A stretch of DNA of 64,000 nucleotides, from the NCBI GenBank assembly GCA_021613535.1, contig CP075497.1, positions 6,076,001-6,140,000 of the forward strand, in the 5' to 3' direction. Of this stretch, positions 52,001-64,000 are shown one piece after another (position 1 is the stretch's first letter; every line of letters begins with the position of its first letter). Source of the stretch: Adineta vaga (taxonomy: Eukaryota; Animalia; Rotifera). The translations under genes and the position numbers were made by a program. The notes below the pieces were generated by a model. The model was not told the DNA's origin, did not search any database, and saw only the letters and a list, made by a program, of their open reading frames with translations.

Positions 52001-53812
52001 ATAAATAAAGAAAAACAAAATATGGCGAGTCGAGTTGTTTCTTTGCGTTCTGTTTACGGTCTCAATATAGATTTGAATGGATATTAACTTTAGAAAAGCT
52101 TTGAAATCAGTGCTTCAATATTGAAAATACTCTTTAATACTGATCAAGTAAAGAAATATAAAATATGCACATAGATTCTTTGATAAAATGGAACATATCT
52201 CTTAAGATGTTTTTCATACATATGCTAAGAAATTTGAATAATCATTATTTTCTTAATGGATTTGCATTTCATGAAGAAAAAAAGAAAACAAAGTGAATTG
52301 CAACTTGATATTTATGAGAATACAGACGACTTTAACATAGGCGTGAGATCCAGACCAACCTACGTTGTTTTATTGATATTTCAACGAATATAATCTGAAA
52401 ATCTTCCTATGACGTTTTGTCTGATGGGTGTGAGAATAAATAGACTCGCGTATTTTTCTTTGATCGAAAGATTCTGTCAACGCTATACTGTTAAAATAAA
52501 TGACTTATCAATAAAATATTTGTTATCCAAAAATACACAATTGAAGTGATGTGAAAATTAAAACTGATTTTTGAAAAGATAGAAGTTGATCAGTGATAGT
52601 AGAACCATTTTCAATCTCGATACTAGATGACATGCTATAGTTTTCGATTTTTTTGAAGTTTTTCTTTGGAACACGTTTTAATATAGAAATCTTTTGATAG
52701 AGACATTCATACAATTCTAAAATAAGTTTGATTTATTATATAAAAACAGATCAATGCTTTCAATCGTTTGTCAATTGAAAAAGAGCAATTATCTCCAGCT
52801 GATCGTCTTGTATACGAGGTTAGTTATAGTAACAAGCATAGTTTTGTTCAAAAACATGTGAATTTTAGATTCTTCAAGTACCATTCTATATGGAACGATT
52901 GAATACATTAAGATTCAAATTAATCTTTACTGATAATTGTCGATTATTAACCGAACAAATACAATTGATTCATGATGCTTGTACTTTTCTCTATCATTCT
53001 ATCCATATTAGAAAATTGCTTGAAGTAAAGGATTTTTTTGAATTTCATCTGATCTTATCTTACATTAATATTTAGATTATTCTTTCTGTTGTTAATCATT
53101 TAAATTCGACTCCAACACATCGAATTCTTACACTTGAGAATTTATCGAAAGTTTGAAAAAAATAGTTTTTTTTGTTCAATTTCTATTCTAATATATTATT
53201 GGTAATTAGATCTGTGAATTAAAAACACCAAAAACACGTATACCAATTATGAATATTGTTTCTCAAATATGTCGTGATCGTCATCCGGAAATCTTCGATC
53301 TAAAAGAAAATTATCATTTACTATTTTCAGCGAGTAAAAGTAAGTTTCCTTTGAATTACAAACAAATCTATTTTCTAGTTGATATAACTTTAATTAAATA
53401 TGAAATTGATCAATTACAAGAAGAATTTCAAGTATAATTTATAAAATTTTCTTTTGCATAATCTATTCATCTATCTTAGCGAATTCAATTATGGATCGAT
53501 AAACTCGATGTTAGCATGAATATTGAAGTAAAATACAAACACTAAGAGAAAAAGATAACAAACTTTTTTGTCTTTAGAATTTTCTGATTGATTGTCAAGA
53601 AAAATTACATGAAATTGTTCGTTTTCATCAAATGACAAACGATCAATTTCATAAAACAATTTCATATTTTACGAAACAGACAACAACATCAGTTACTTTT
53701 CTTTCAATTTTTGCAAGTTTAATTCAATCGGTATAAATTTAAAATAAACAAAAGAATGATCGACAAGTTTTTTTCTCTTTTCCTTCTTTCATAGATCAAA
53801 CGACAAATCTAA
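49043..53812 (+). CDS. Small divergent formin (short FH1 + FH2), ~12 exons; 1963-nt intron 49811-51773
   Basis: PPAPPLPP; SLWAS|V; ILDARKGYNLG|IMLAFAKRNPIEIAESIRNLD...LIQYIPNESE; LSPADRLVYE|ILQVPFYMERLNTLRFKLIF; IRKLLE|IILSVVNHLN; LENLSK|ICELK. All are FH2 hallmarks and join in frame. Confidence 0.8.
50273..50284 (+). promoter_or_regulatory. Candidate TATA box of the nested ETS gene
   Basis: TATATAAAAGGG ~80 bp upstream of ATG 50360. Confidence 0.4.
50360..51469 (+). CDS. ETS-domain transcription factor (ELF/ESE-like; intron 51276-51332), nested in the formin intron
   Basis: FLHEFLRLLLDNRKYSHIAEYIDRKKGIFKF...AAKLWQDVKARNSDHR|MTYDKLARAIRFHYPTGVM...FTFRFG. Confidence 0.88.
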
Positions 53813-54110
53813 CCGGTCGTTTTGTTTTGATCTAAAACAAAAAAATACGGCAACGCCTTAATATTCAACTGAATCAGTTAATGGATTAAGCAATATTTTT
53901 CTTTCATAAGAAAAGAAGAATTTTTTTCAAAGTGAAATTTCATGTTTGATGCAATTCAACAAACATTTCTCTTTCTCTGCCGCCTTTGAGAGTTTCTCTC
54001 GTTTATAAAAACGAACAGTTTTACTTCATTTAAAGAAGAGCATAGACGCGTTTTGGTAGTATTTTCATACAACAACAACAGCAAGACAAGACTTTGTAAA
54101 ACGAAAAAAG

Positions 54111-55124
54111 ATGGGTCTTACAGCCACTCAAATGGGTCTTTGTTTCCAGTCGTACTGGTACATGTGGTAAGTTCAATTAGCTAAAATATCGAGTTTTTGT
54201 TTCTCAAAAAAGAATAATATTCATAGGTTAACGAATGGCCTTGCAGGATTGATTTTTATTGGTATTAATATCGGTATGAAAAATATTAGATAGTTTTAGG
54301 AAGGAAATGAATTTGAATGATTTCTTAGGTGTTGCTGCATTTTTCCTTAGAAAGTTTCAATTGAAGAAGAAACAAATGAGCTATCAACGTACACCAACCG
54401 TAACAGAAAGTTCGAAACGGCCATTCTCTGCAAGTGAAATTCAAACTTATGATGATCCATACAATGATCCAAATGCAGGAAATGTTTCACGAAATTCATC
54501 ACGAAAATCACGTAATTACTTTTTTCATTCTAGAAAAATAAGTTTCATTTTCTCAAAATTGCTTCTCGTTTTCTAGCAATGTATCCTGGTGCATCAGAAG
54601 ATAATGAAGAATTCGGCGAATCAACACTTAAAGTAGTAAATGCATATCGTGCTCGTCATAATGCAGAAGCATTAACAATGAATGAACAATTATGTGAAAT
54701 CGCTCAACGTTGGGCTGAACAAATGGCACGTACTGGTAAATTAGAACATAGTCCAGCTGAAATGCGTAATTTCGGTCGACAAACATTGGGTGAAAACTTT
54801 GGTGCATCATTTCAAGCTGAATTAACAGGTTTATTACTAATTCATTGAAAAGAAAGATGAGTTTATTTTTGATTTTAATCTTTAGGTGAAAAGATGGTTC
54901 GAAAATGGATGAAAGAAGGTAAACGATATATGTATGGTTTTGATGGTCGTAAAGATACAGAAAATTTCACACAATCTGTTTGGCAAGCATCACGTGAAAT
55001 GGGTGTTGGCCGTGCTCGCTCAGAAGATGGAAACTGGTGGTATGGTGTTGCTGTATTCGATCCACCTGGTAATATTCCAAATCAATATTCAAATAATGTT
55101 CTTCTTCCCAAAGAGTCACCATGA
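54111..55124 (+). CDS. CAP/SCP (GAPR-1/GLIPR2-like) protein with N-terminal TM helix, 5 exons
   Basis: Spliced N-terminus MGLTATQMGLCFQSYWYMW|LTNGLAGLIFIGINIG|VAAFFLRKF; CAP core VNAYRARHNAEAL, AQRWAEQMA, LGENF, ENFTQSVWQASREMGVGRA, FDPPGN. Confidence 0.82.
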
Positions 55125-55706
55125 ACAAATCATTTTTTTTCGATTTCTTGAAACTCTACTTTATTGCTCATTCTCTATCTTTTTCGTTTATTGAATATTT
55201 AAAAAGAACACTTGTAATTTTAAAAATGTGACTGGATTCAATCAAGATTCAATGATCAAAAGAGAAATAATAAAATTCATTTGCTCTCTAATCTATCCAT
55301 ATATATATATATATATATATATTGATTATTATGAGAAGAGACGTACACCGAGCAGAAGATACGTGTTTTTGTGGATCGTGTCGACTATCGACATAAAGCG
55401 AATGGGAAAAATATAAAAACAAACGATGTGATTCGATGCACAACTCATTGTATATTCATGATAGAAATTAGAGTTCCTAATGTATTAGAAGACGCATTCT
55501 TGTAACACAGTTCATTAGGACTTGACCCGCAGCTTAATAAGAAGTATAATTTTTCTTATTAATATGTATATCAATGAGTTGTGTACGGAACAACATCATT
55601 TTCACATTTTTAACAATCACTTTAGGTCTATGAGAGATGTAGTTCAAAAGCAGAATATTTTGCCTAATATAAATCTCTGATGATGATTGAAAAACATGGA
55701 TGAAAG

Positions 55707-56904
55707 TGACGTCAGACTTGCTCTTTCATATGTGATTTAAACGCACACTTAGAAAGTATCGCTCGAAACAAAATCAACGTGATGCATGTGACTGAAGAAT
55801 GTTTTTTTTTCTATTTCGTCTTGTTTTGGAGAATTTTACTCATTGTTTTCATACAAGCTCCCTTCGAATTGTTAATTCAGACTTAATTCCTAAATATGGA
55901 ATTGTCCGAGAGAGGAATCATTGATTGAATTTTGTTAATAACAAATTCCTATTTTAGTAGAAAGTCGAATCGTATCATTTAATAAGTCACAGTATCGAAA
56001 TGAAAAATCATGAAGAATATCAATAACAAAAAAAACACTGAAAACTAAAGCACTATCACGATATAGTTAAATTTCCAAAAATAAAAGGAATAAAAATCAT
56101 ATCACAATTATACTGATTTATTTATTTCACAATTTCTCTATACATAACCATGCAATAATAAGATTTATCCCCATTTAAATATTGATGCTAAAACGTCTTT
56201 GCCAAATTTTGAATTTGTTTCAATATATTTCCTTGAAACTGCATGACGATAGAAAATAGCTCGAAGTTTATTAACAATTTGATGACATTCGAATACTGAT
56301 GTACATTGACTTAATGATTGTTGTACTAATTCAACATCCTTGATTACTTCATTCCATCCTGGCTCATTCGGTACCTCCCATACATGATTATTAATAACAA
56401 TTCTTTGCATTTTTGGTCGCGCCAGGACTATTCCAAATGATATGAGTAAGGCGAAAAGCGATAAATAAAGAATATATGAATTCATATTTGATAAACTAGA
56501 AGAGTAAAGTCAATACGGTTTTCTGTACGAACAATTAAGTAAAACATACTTACGAGTGCGTCTGTAGGAGTCTATTGTATTATATGTATAGCCTTCCAAT
56601 ACTTATACTTTGTCAACTAATCCTTCTGTATAACACAACACCCTCACTTTTGACGTCTTTTCTCCTCCTCTCTCTCTCTTTTCACTTGAATCATTTTCTA
56701 ATCAAACTGATGTGTTGAAATATTATCATGTTCTCTCCAGAATTTACGAATCATAAAAACATTTTGTCAAACGCAGACTTTTTTTTTGAGTTATTGATAT
56801 ATGTACCTTTGGCATACGATCGTGTTATTCATTCCAGTCTAAATCGAATGCAAATAAAATGATGTCGTTATACACAGTTGTTCGTTGAAAGTGCATTGAC
56901 GTCA
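55707..56904. promoter_or_regulatory. CRE palindromes flanking the secreted-peptide gene
   Basis: TGACGTCA at 55707-55714 and 56897-56904; TGACGTCT at 56651-56658. Confidence 0.4.
56165..56485 (-). CDS. Small secreted protein, putative amidated-peptide precursor (106 aa)
   Basis: Signal peptide MNSYILYLSLFALLISFGIVLA; one Cys pair; ends ...KDVLASIFKWG*; apparent 5' UTR intron at ~56497-56553. Confidence 0.7.
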   Translation of the reverse strand: MNSYILYLSLFALLISFGIVLARPKMQRIVINNHVWEVPNEPGWNEVIKDVELVQQSLSQCTSVFECHQIVNKLRAIFYRHAVSRKYIETNSKFGKDVLASIFKWG

Positions 56905-59900
56905 ATATCTAATCATGATAGTGTCATGATTATATGCAGAAACTCGAAAATTTCAAATCATTCTCCTTTCAAAATGATAAAATAGCTTCAAATCACAGTG
57001 GACAACTGTTTGCGTAGTTACACTCTGAACTGCCATGTCAATGATAAATATGTGCTCTATTAATCATAATTTTATAAATCCTATGAAAGATGACAATGAC
57101 ATTTTGAATACTTTTTTTATCATGTCATTCCTGATGAAATTACATATCTCATATGACTAATACATTCGATCTGTTAAAAGTCAGGATGGTTTTAGGTTAA
57201 TTACTATCTCTGAGTATTCTTAAAATCATATATAGAATAATGAATGAAATTATATGAAGTGTTTAACCAAGAACACAATCAAAAATAGAAGAAATATAAT
57301 ATCACTTAAAACTCACATAAAATAAATGTATTTATCTAATAGAATCTTTCAATGCGTACTGAAAATAGATCATTTGATCAGATATTCTATCTGTTCAGAA
57401 AATCTTATTGTCTGTAACTGATAATTAATCAATCACTTGATTTTCTTTCTAAAGATACAAATCTACAAAACCAACCAAACGTTTCCAATCTATGGGAAAG
57501 ATTTTTCTTTGAGAAAATATCCTTGAAAGTAAAAGTAATTCCCTTTGCGATTGATGTTAACTCTATCTATCGTCTAAGAAGCATCTAAAACCGTACTTTT
57601 TGATTAATTTCAAGAAAAATATAAAAAAAGAGATGAAATTCCTTTTTTTTCTATATTTGCGTAAAATAATTGATGACCTATAGGTCCTGACAGTACAATA
57701 GATAGGTAGAAGGGTTATACAAAACACTAGGAAAAGAAAGATTCAGGAAAAAGACAAAGAAGTTGAATCTCCTCAAAATCAAACGAAGGAAAACCTGAGA
57801 GAACAGAGTTGGTACAAATTCTCCTCGTACACCTCTCAAACACTGAATCTTTTACAAGCTCTTAGTCCTAAGAAAAGGATGAAATTCCGTAAGTTGGCTA
57901 TGAAGAAATATTCTTTAGTGATATGTTTTTTCAATATTAACCAAAGATGAGTTCCAAAATATATCAAATTTATCATTCCAATCAGTATTTACTTATATCA
58001 ACATGAAACCAAGGACTAGGATATAGATTTGAATATTCGTTTATATTTGAAGAATATCTATCAAGTTTTTCTTGAATCAACAGAATAGTTATTCATTACA
58101 TTAATTATAATGAGACAAGCTTTTGAACATTCAATCGGTTGAATTTCGATTGTTGGAAGAAATCGAATATGATCATAAATTTCCATATACAGTAAGTATC
58201 TCTTATCTTAAAAGTGATGATTATATTGCTCTCATGTAGCATAAGCTTCTGAATTTATACGTATAATTACAAATATGATTTTTCATAATCAATAAATCAT
58301 TTCAATTAAAAATTTAATTTGTCTTTGTTTGATATATTCGATGATTATCCATCATAATAAATTTCTGAACTATTGATAGATTGTATCTTTGAAGAACGTT
58401 TTTCGTTATTAATATACAAGAAAAATTCAAAAACTCTGCTGAATAAATCAGTACATTGACTTATTTCATAGATATTCTCATTTGAATTCAAATTATTTGT
58501 GTTAAATAATGATAAACTGTATTGAAATTCATTGAATTTTTTAGGGTGTGTGTTTCAATGTGGATATACGTGTTTATCTTTATGAAACTTTCCTTTGTTT
58601 TTCTTTCGTTGATATGCCATGATACAATGTACTTTGTTCTATCGTAATGATCATGTGTTGTTTTTCTCTTTTTTTGCGTTCTTTCACGTACATTCTTATA
58701 CTTCTACACTATTCTCGTACATAATCTCCTTCAATTTTTTTAGTATAAATACTAACGATTCTTTATTGGTAAATTATACAATTTTGAAAAACCAATAATT
58801 AATCACTTGGTAAGTAAATGAATTATTTATTTGATGTTAAGCGAAGTCGAGTTTTGTAATATGAGAAAGTAAAATAGTATGGAGAGGTTTGGTTTTGTAA
58901 AGAAAGAGTACTCAAACCCTGGAGAAAAAGTAACCTAAATTTTACAGAAATTGTTTTCTTCGTATAAAACAGAACATATTTGACTAAATTATATTCTCAT
59001 GATTAAGCACTTCGTTAGTAGAATATGTATATTTATCATATTCGTTTTATTAATATATTGAATATTCACTTTAGGCATGTTTTTATCGATTTTTTTACAT
59101 TAACATTAAGATGAAAAATTAGTTGCATGACCCGTTAAAATTATATCTTTTCAATGTTTTTACTACAAGAAAATGAGACTAATTCCCGGCATGTTCTAAC
59201 AAATCAACTTTAAACTGAATCAGCACTAACTAGAATATACGACTCATAAACAGTTATCTGCGTTTGAACGAAGTAAATCTGGATTCGATTTATTTTATTT
59301 AATCAATGACGATATTCGATTGCAGTGATTCTAGAAGAAAATTTCCTGTTCTACAATTCACATTTACTCAGATATTTTGTCATTCAAACATGCGATTGTT
59401 TCTTGATGTTCAATGGAATCAATGAGAGAAGAAGAACATTAAACTTTTTTTACAAATTTTTTATATACTTGTGTTGCGTTTATTGAAATAAGTCAACTTT
59501 TGTATGTACTATGACTTACATGTTAGAATATCCGATTAGATAATGTATAAGGTCAATGTATCGAAGCCATGAAGCAGCCACATATCAAAAGTACAAAATG
59601 CAAGAGGACTTTGGTTTCGACTATTCGATTCGAGTACATTAACCTTGTTACATTTTTTCTCGTTCTGTTGTTTTCATTGATGCTTATATATATACTACGT
59701 CGACAGAGAGAAAGAGAGAGAGAGGCATGATAACATCGAGTACAAAAACATTAGTAACTATCTTCCTATCAACATATGACCTATAATGATATTGTTTCAC
59801 TATTTGAGAAAACACAATATATTTTTCGTTGAATATTTCAACAATTTTTACTTAAATCGATATTTAATTTGAATATAATTCTACTATTTTTCAGTGAGAA

Positions 59901-60593
59901 CGAATAATTTATAAATAACTTGAAAATATAGCTTTTATCGAGTATATAGAAATGACGCATTCTACAATTTGTTCAGTATCCATACATAGCATAAGATTTT
60001 TCATTCTGTTTCTCTCTTTCTCTCTCTATTTCTATTTCTTTTCTATACGATATTTGCCCTCATCAACTTATAAATACCGATGTATTTGCAGACATATAAA
60101 CAGAATATTTAATCATTACTAAAAACGATCGATTTTAGTGAAAAAATAATCAGGTAATCAGTTCCATTTTGATCTTTTTTCTAACCAATCTTTACACGAG
60201 ATTTTATCAAATTTGATGATAGTTAGTATAATATACAAGAATTAGTGTTCATAGGATTTCGGTTTGGTACATGATGTTAACAGTTTCTCATCCAATTCTA
60301 TGTTGGGAATTAGTTTCAACATGACTTAACATTGAATAACTCAATTATAAATTCTACTTTTTTCTTCATTTCTTATTTCATGTTAACTTTACTTCGGATC
60401 ATCAGTTCGAAAAACTAATATAATTCAAAAACACGTAAACATGAATCAATATATTTTTTTTTCTAATCGGATGTTATAGATTTATAAAAGGAAAAAAAAC
60501 AAAAGAAGTAATATACTAAGTAGTTTCCAGTTTTGAAAACAATACTATAGATGTAGATGTCTTGATTGAACTTCTTCTTTTTCTTGTTTGAAA

Positions 60594-61901
60594 TTAGTTC
60601 ATCTTCTTATTTCCTTGACCGGTAGACGAAATAACAGGTTGTTCAACAGTTTCACCATTTGTTGAAGCCTGTTGTTTTTGTTTAGGTTTCGTAGATACTT
60701 TTGGTGAGCTTACGGACGATGCTTGAGCGAGATTTCGTTCACGTCGACGTTTCATATGAAACTAAATAGAAAGATTTTGATTCGTTTGAGAATATTTTCT
60801 AATAATTCTTACTTGAATAAAATTCCAAACAAGCCAAAATTGTAAAGCACCACTTACAATTAATGTAAGAAATCGAACAGTTGGTGTATTAAAATTCGAA
60901 ATAAGAATCGCATCTTGTTCCGTTGAATTAGGTAAAGGAGTTGATGTTAATGATATTTTATTAATCGACGAACTTCGTAAACCAAACCAAAATGTTAACC
61001 AAATTAAAACGACTGAAATCAATCGACCAGAAATAAAGAGTGCATTCCAGATTTTAAATAAATAAACAGAAGTTGATTTCGCTGAGTTTGAATTCGTCTT
61101 TATCGTTGTATAGAAATAAGCTAAACGTGATGCATGATAGAAAATTTCAATTAAATAATGTATTGTTAATAAAACAATCGATATACGCCAAAAACGTGTC
61201 ACATAAGCATAGAAAATAGTAATTAAATATAAAGTCGTGTAAACAAGACGAGATGGAACATCTTCTTTTCGAACCTTTTGTAAATATAATTCCGGATAAT
61301 TATGTAACCAATAGGATAATTGAACAATAAAATAGAGTTTTGTCCATGATGTCATACCCGTATAAGGATAATCACGCCAAAGATACGATAAACCGGATTG
61401 AAAATAATCTTCATTATTAAATAACATGAATGCCCATACAACACTAATCACATAGAATAGAATAAGTTGACCGGATTCGAAGAATTTGCCAATTTTCGCT
61501 TTCGATAGATGAAGTTTTTTATATACTTTATCTAATACATATTCTTGCCAAATAGCATGAATAGTTATACAGACAAGAGTATAAGCAAAGAGCATGGCTA
61601 AATCTTTATAACCATAATTAAAAAGTAATGATGTCGATGGACTTAATGAATCACCTTGTGTTACATTATGACGAGGAGCAAAGAATGCACCACAATAAGA
61701 TGATGTTGCCTGAACTATTGTACCAACTGCCAGAAGCATTAAAATACCACTTGTAATATCACCTGAAAATGATTTGATAGATAAAATAAGTTTCTATTGA
61801 AATATATAATTACCATGATTTTGGATAAGAAATTCTTGACTAAAAATAGGTGCATTTTTCGATGCAGATTTTTTCTTGAGCGCCGCTGGTGGTGGTGGCA
61901 T
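60594..61901 (-). CDS. TRAM1: Translocating chain-associated membrane protein (TRAM/TLC domain), 3 exons
   Basis: KKKSASKNAPIFSQEFLIQNHG|DI, IHAIWQEYVLDK, KFFESGQL, KLYFIVQLSYWLHNYPELYLQKVRKED; C-terminal KKMN ER-retrieval motif. Confidence 0.9.
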
Positions 61902-61981
61902 TGTAGAATTTTATGTATTATCTGAAATAAATGATAAATTACTATTGTTTATTTCTTTGTTTTAATAGATAAATCATCAAA

Positions 61982-64000
61982 ATGGAAACTTTTGCTCATG
62001 CAAACAATTCACTTGACAATTTACCACCAAAAATTCGTGAATATGTTCAAGAAAAAATCAATCTATGTCAACCAAGTAATTTTCATGTATGTGATGGAGG
62101 TGAAGAAGAAAATCAACAATTACTTGATGGTATGGAAGAAGCTGGTGTTATTCGTCGTCTTAAAAAATATAAAAATTGGTAAGATCGATGATACATTGAA
62201 GTTCAACATGAAAATCTTCTTTTCTATTTTAGTTATATTGCTACAACTGATCCACGTGATGTTGCTCGTGTTGAATCACGTACAATTATTTGTACAAAAA
62301 ATATGAATGATGTTGTATCTACACCACGTTCTGGCTTTCCTGTTGTAACAGATCCAAATTTACCAAAGAATCTTAAACAAACACCATTAGGAAACTGGAT
62401 GGATTCGGATGAAATGTTGGAAATTATGGAACAACGCTTTGATGGTTGTATGCGTGGTCGTACACTTTTTGTTATTCCATATATGATGGGTCCTTATTCA
62501 AGTCCATATTCAAAAGTAGCCATTGAAATAACGGATTCACCATACGTTGTTGTTTCAATGCGTATTATGACACGTATGGGTACACAAGTCTTCAAAGAAT
62601 TGAAAGAATCTGATGGTTCAACTATTGTGAAATGTCTTCATTCGGTTGGTGTACCATTACCAACTGATAAACCAATATGTGCAACTTGGCCAAGTAATCC
62701 CGAACGAACATTGATTACACATTTTCCAGAAAGAAATGAAATTATTAGTTACGGAAGTGGATATGGTGGAAATTCGTTATGTGGAAAGAAATGTTTAGCT
62801 TTACGTATTGGTAGTACCTTAGCGAAACGAGAAGGATGGTTAGCTGAACATATGCTTGTAAGTATTTGTTAAAATTCACGAAATATAACTAAACAATCTT
62901 CTTTGTAGATTATGAGTGTAACCAATCCAGAAGGTGTGAAAAAATATTTTGTTGCTGCTTTTCCAAGGTAAAAATTTACATAAGACATGAATTTGAAATT
63001 TTTATATTGATTGTTTAGTGCTTGTGGTAAAACAAATTTAGCTATGCTTCGTCCTAATGGTATTCCTGGTTATAAAGTTGAATGTGTTGGTAAGTAAATA
63101 TACTCGTGCGAAAAAAACGAATGAAAATAATACATTGAAAATCATTTATTAGGTGATGATATTGCTTGGATGCATTTTGATGATGAAGGTCGTCTACGAG
63201 CCATTAATCCTGAATATGGATTTTTTGGTGTTGCACCAGGTACAAGTAAATCAACAAATCCAATTGCATTAGGTAACGACAAAAAAGTCACGAAGAGTCG
63301 ATTTTTTTTAATAATAACGATGATATTGTAGATATGGTACATGAAAATACGATTTTCACAAATGTTGCTGAAACAAGTGATGGTGATGTTTATTGGGAAG
63401 GAATCGGCGAAGAAATTGATGGACTTCATGAAACATTAATTCGTTCATGGAAAAATAAACGATGGTCTGTTGATTTAGGTGAACCTGCTGCTCATCCCAA
63501 TAGTCGGTAAGAAATTTTTGAAAATTCATTGGAATAAAACAAACAAAAAGCGTTTCTCTATTCGAATGTTCAGTTTCTGTACAACAATAAAACAATGTTC
63601 AATTCTCGATCCCGAATGGAATAATCCTCAAGGTGTACCTATCGAAGCGATTATCTTTGGTGGACGAAGACCAGCTGGCGTACCACTAGTCTACGAATCA
63701 TTTAATTGGCAACATGGAGTTTTTGTTGGAGCATCAATGAGATCAGAAGCAACAGCTGCAGCTGAATTCAAAGGTAAGAAAATAACTAGTTTCATCCTTT
63801 TATATTCTCAATTTCGATCATTTAGGAAAACAAATCATGCATGATCCATTTGCTATGAGACCATTTTTTGGTTATAATTTTGGACAATATCTTTCTCATT
63901 GGTTGTCCTTTGGAAAGAAAGAAGGCGTTCATCTACCAAAAATTTATCATGTCAATTGGTTTCTTAAAGATTCTAAAACAAATGAATTTTTATGGCCTGG
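61982..64000 (+). CDS. PCK: Phosphoenolpyruvate carboxykinase [GTP], 3'-truncated by window edge
   Basis: [109 protein letters not shown]. Confidence 0.96.

Noticed and set aside
57860-57900. Faint resemblance to an LSU rRNA motif (TCCGTAA)
   Set aside because: The match is only a few bases, with no extended rRNA similarity.
1-64000. CRISPR array, tRNA, spliced-leader RNA gene, transposase or reverse transcriptase
   Set aside because: No regular repeat-spacer array, cloverleaf, recognisable SL exon or DDE/RT motif was seen by eye. A computational scan could still find degenerate elements.
61982-64000. PEPCK or AGPAT as horizontally acquired bacterial genes
   Set aside because: Both look like ordinary metazoan orthologs and contain spliceosomal introns.

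Overview
AT-rich, gene-dense animal genomic DNA with many ~50-60 nt GT-AG introns. Base composition, intron size and gene repertoire suggest a bdelloid rotifer (inference only). Manual splicing supports about 20 protein-coding genes: two tandem CPEB1/Orb copies, an intronless ARM-TIR-SAM protein, SNAP-25, Wee1, TMEM220, AGPAT, an orphan type I membrane protein, WDR7, SLC25A33/36, a calmodulin-like protein, TGIF, IQCA1/DRC11, WAC, an NR1-type nuclear receptor, a second orphan membrane protein, a minimal formin with an ETS gene nested on the same strand in one intron, a membrane-anchored GAPR-1-like CAP protein, a secreted putative amidated-peptide precursor, TRAM and PEPCK (truncated at the window end). 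Most notable observations: (1) TALE-class TGACA(GCTG) sites cluster around the TGIF gene, suggesting autoregulation; (2) the nested ETS gene has splice sites phase-compatible with its formin host; (3) TRAM and PEPCK start codons are 80 bp apart with back-to-back splice acceptors, suggesting trans-splicing or interleaved transcription; (4) the CPEB duplicates differ only at synonymous sites, have near-identical introns and unrelated 3' UTRs; (5) the TIR protein has a permuted SARM1-like architecture. No CRISPR array, rRNA, tRNA or recognisable transposase was seen. All counts are manual.
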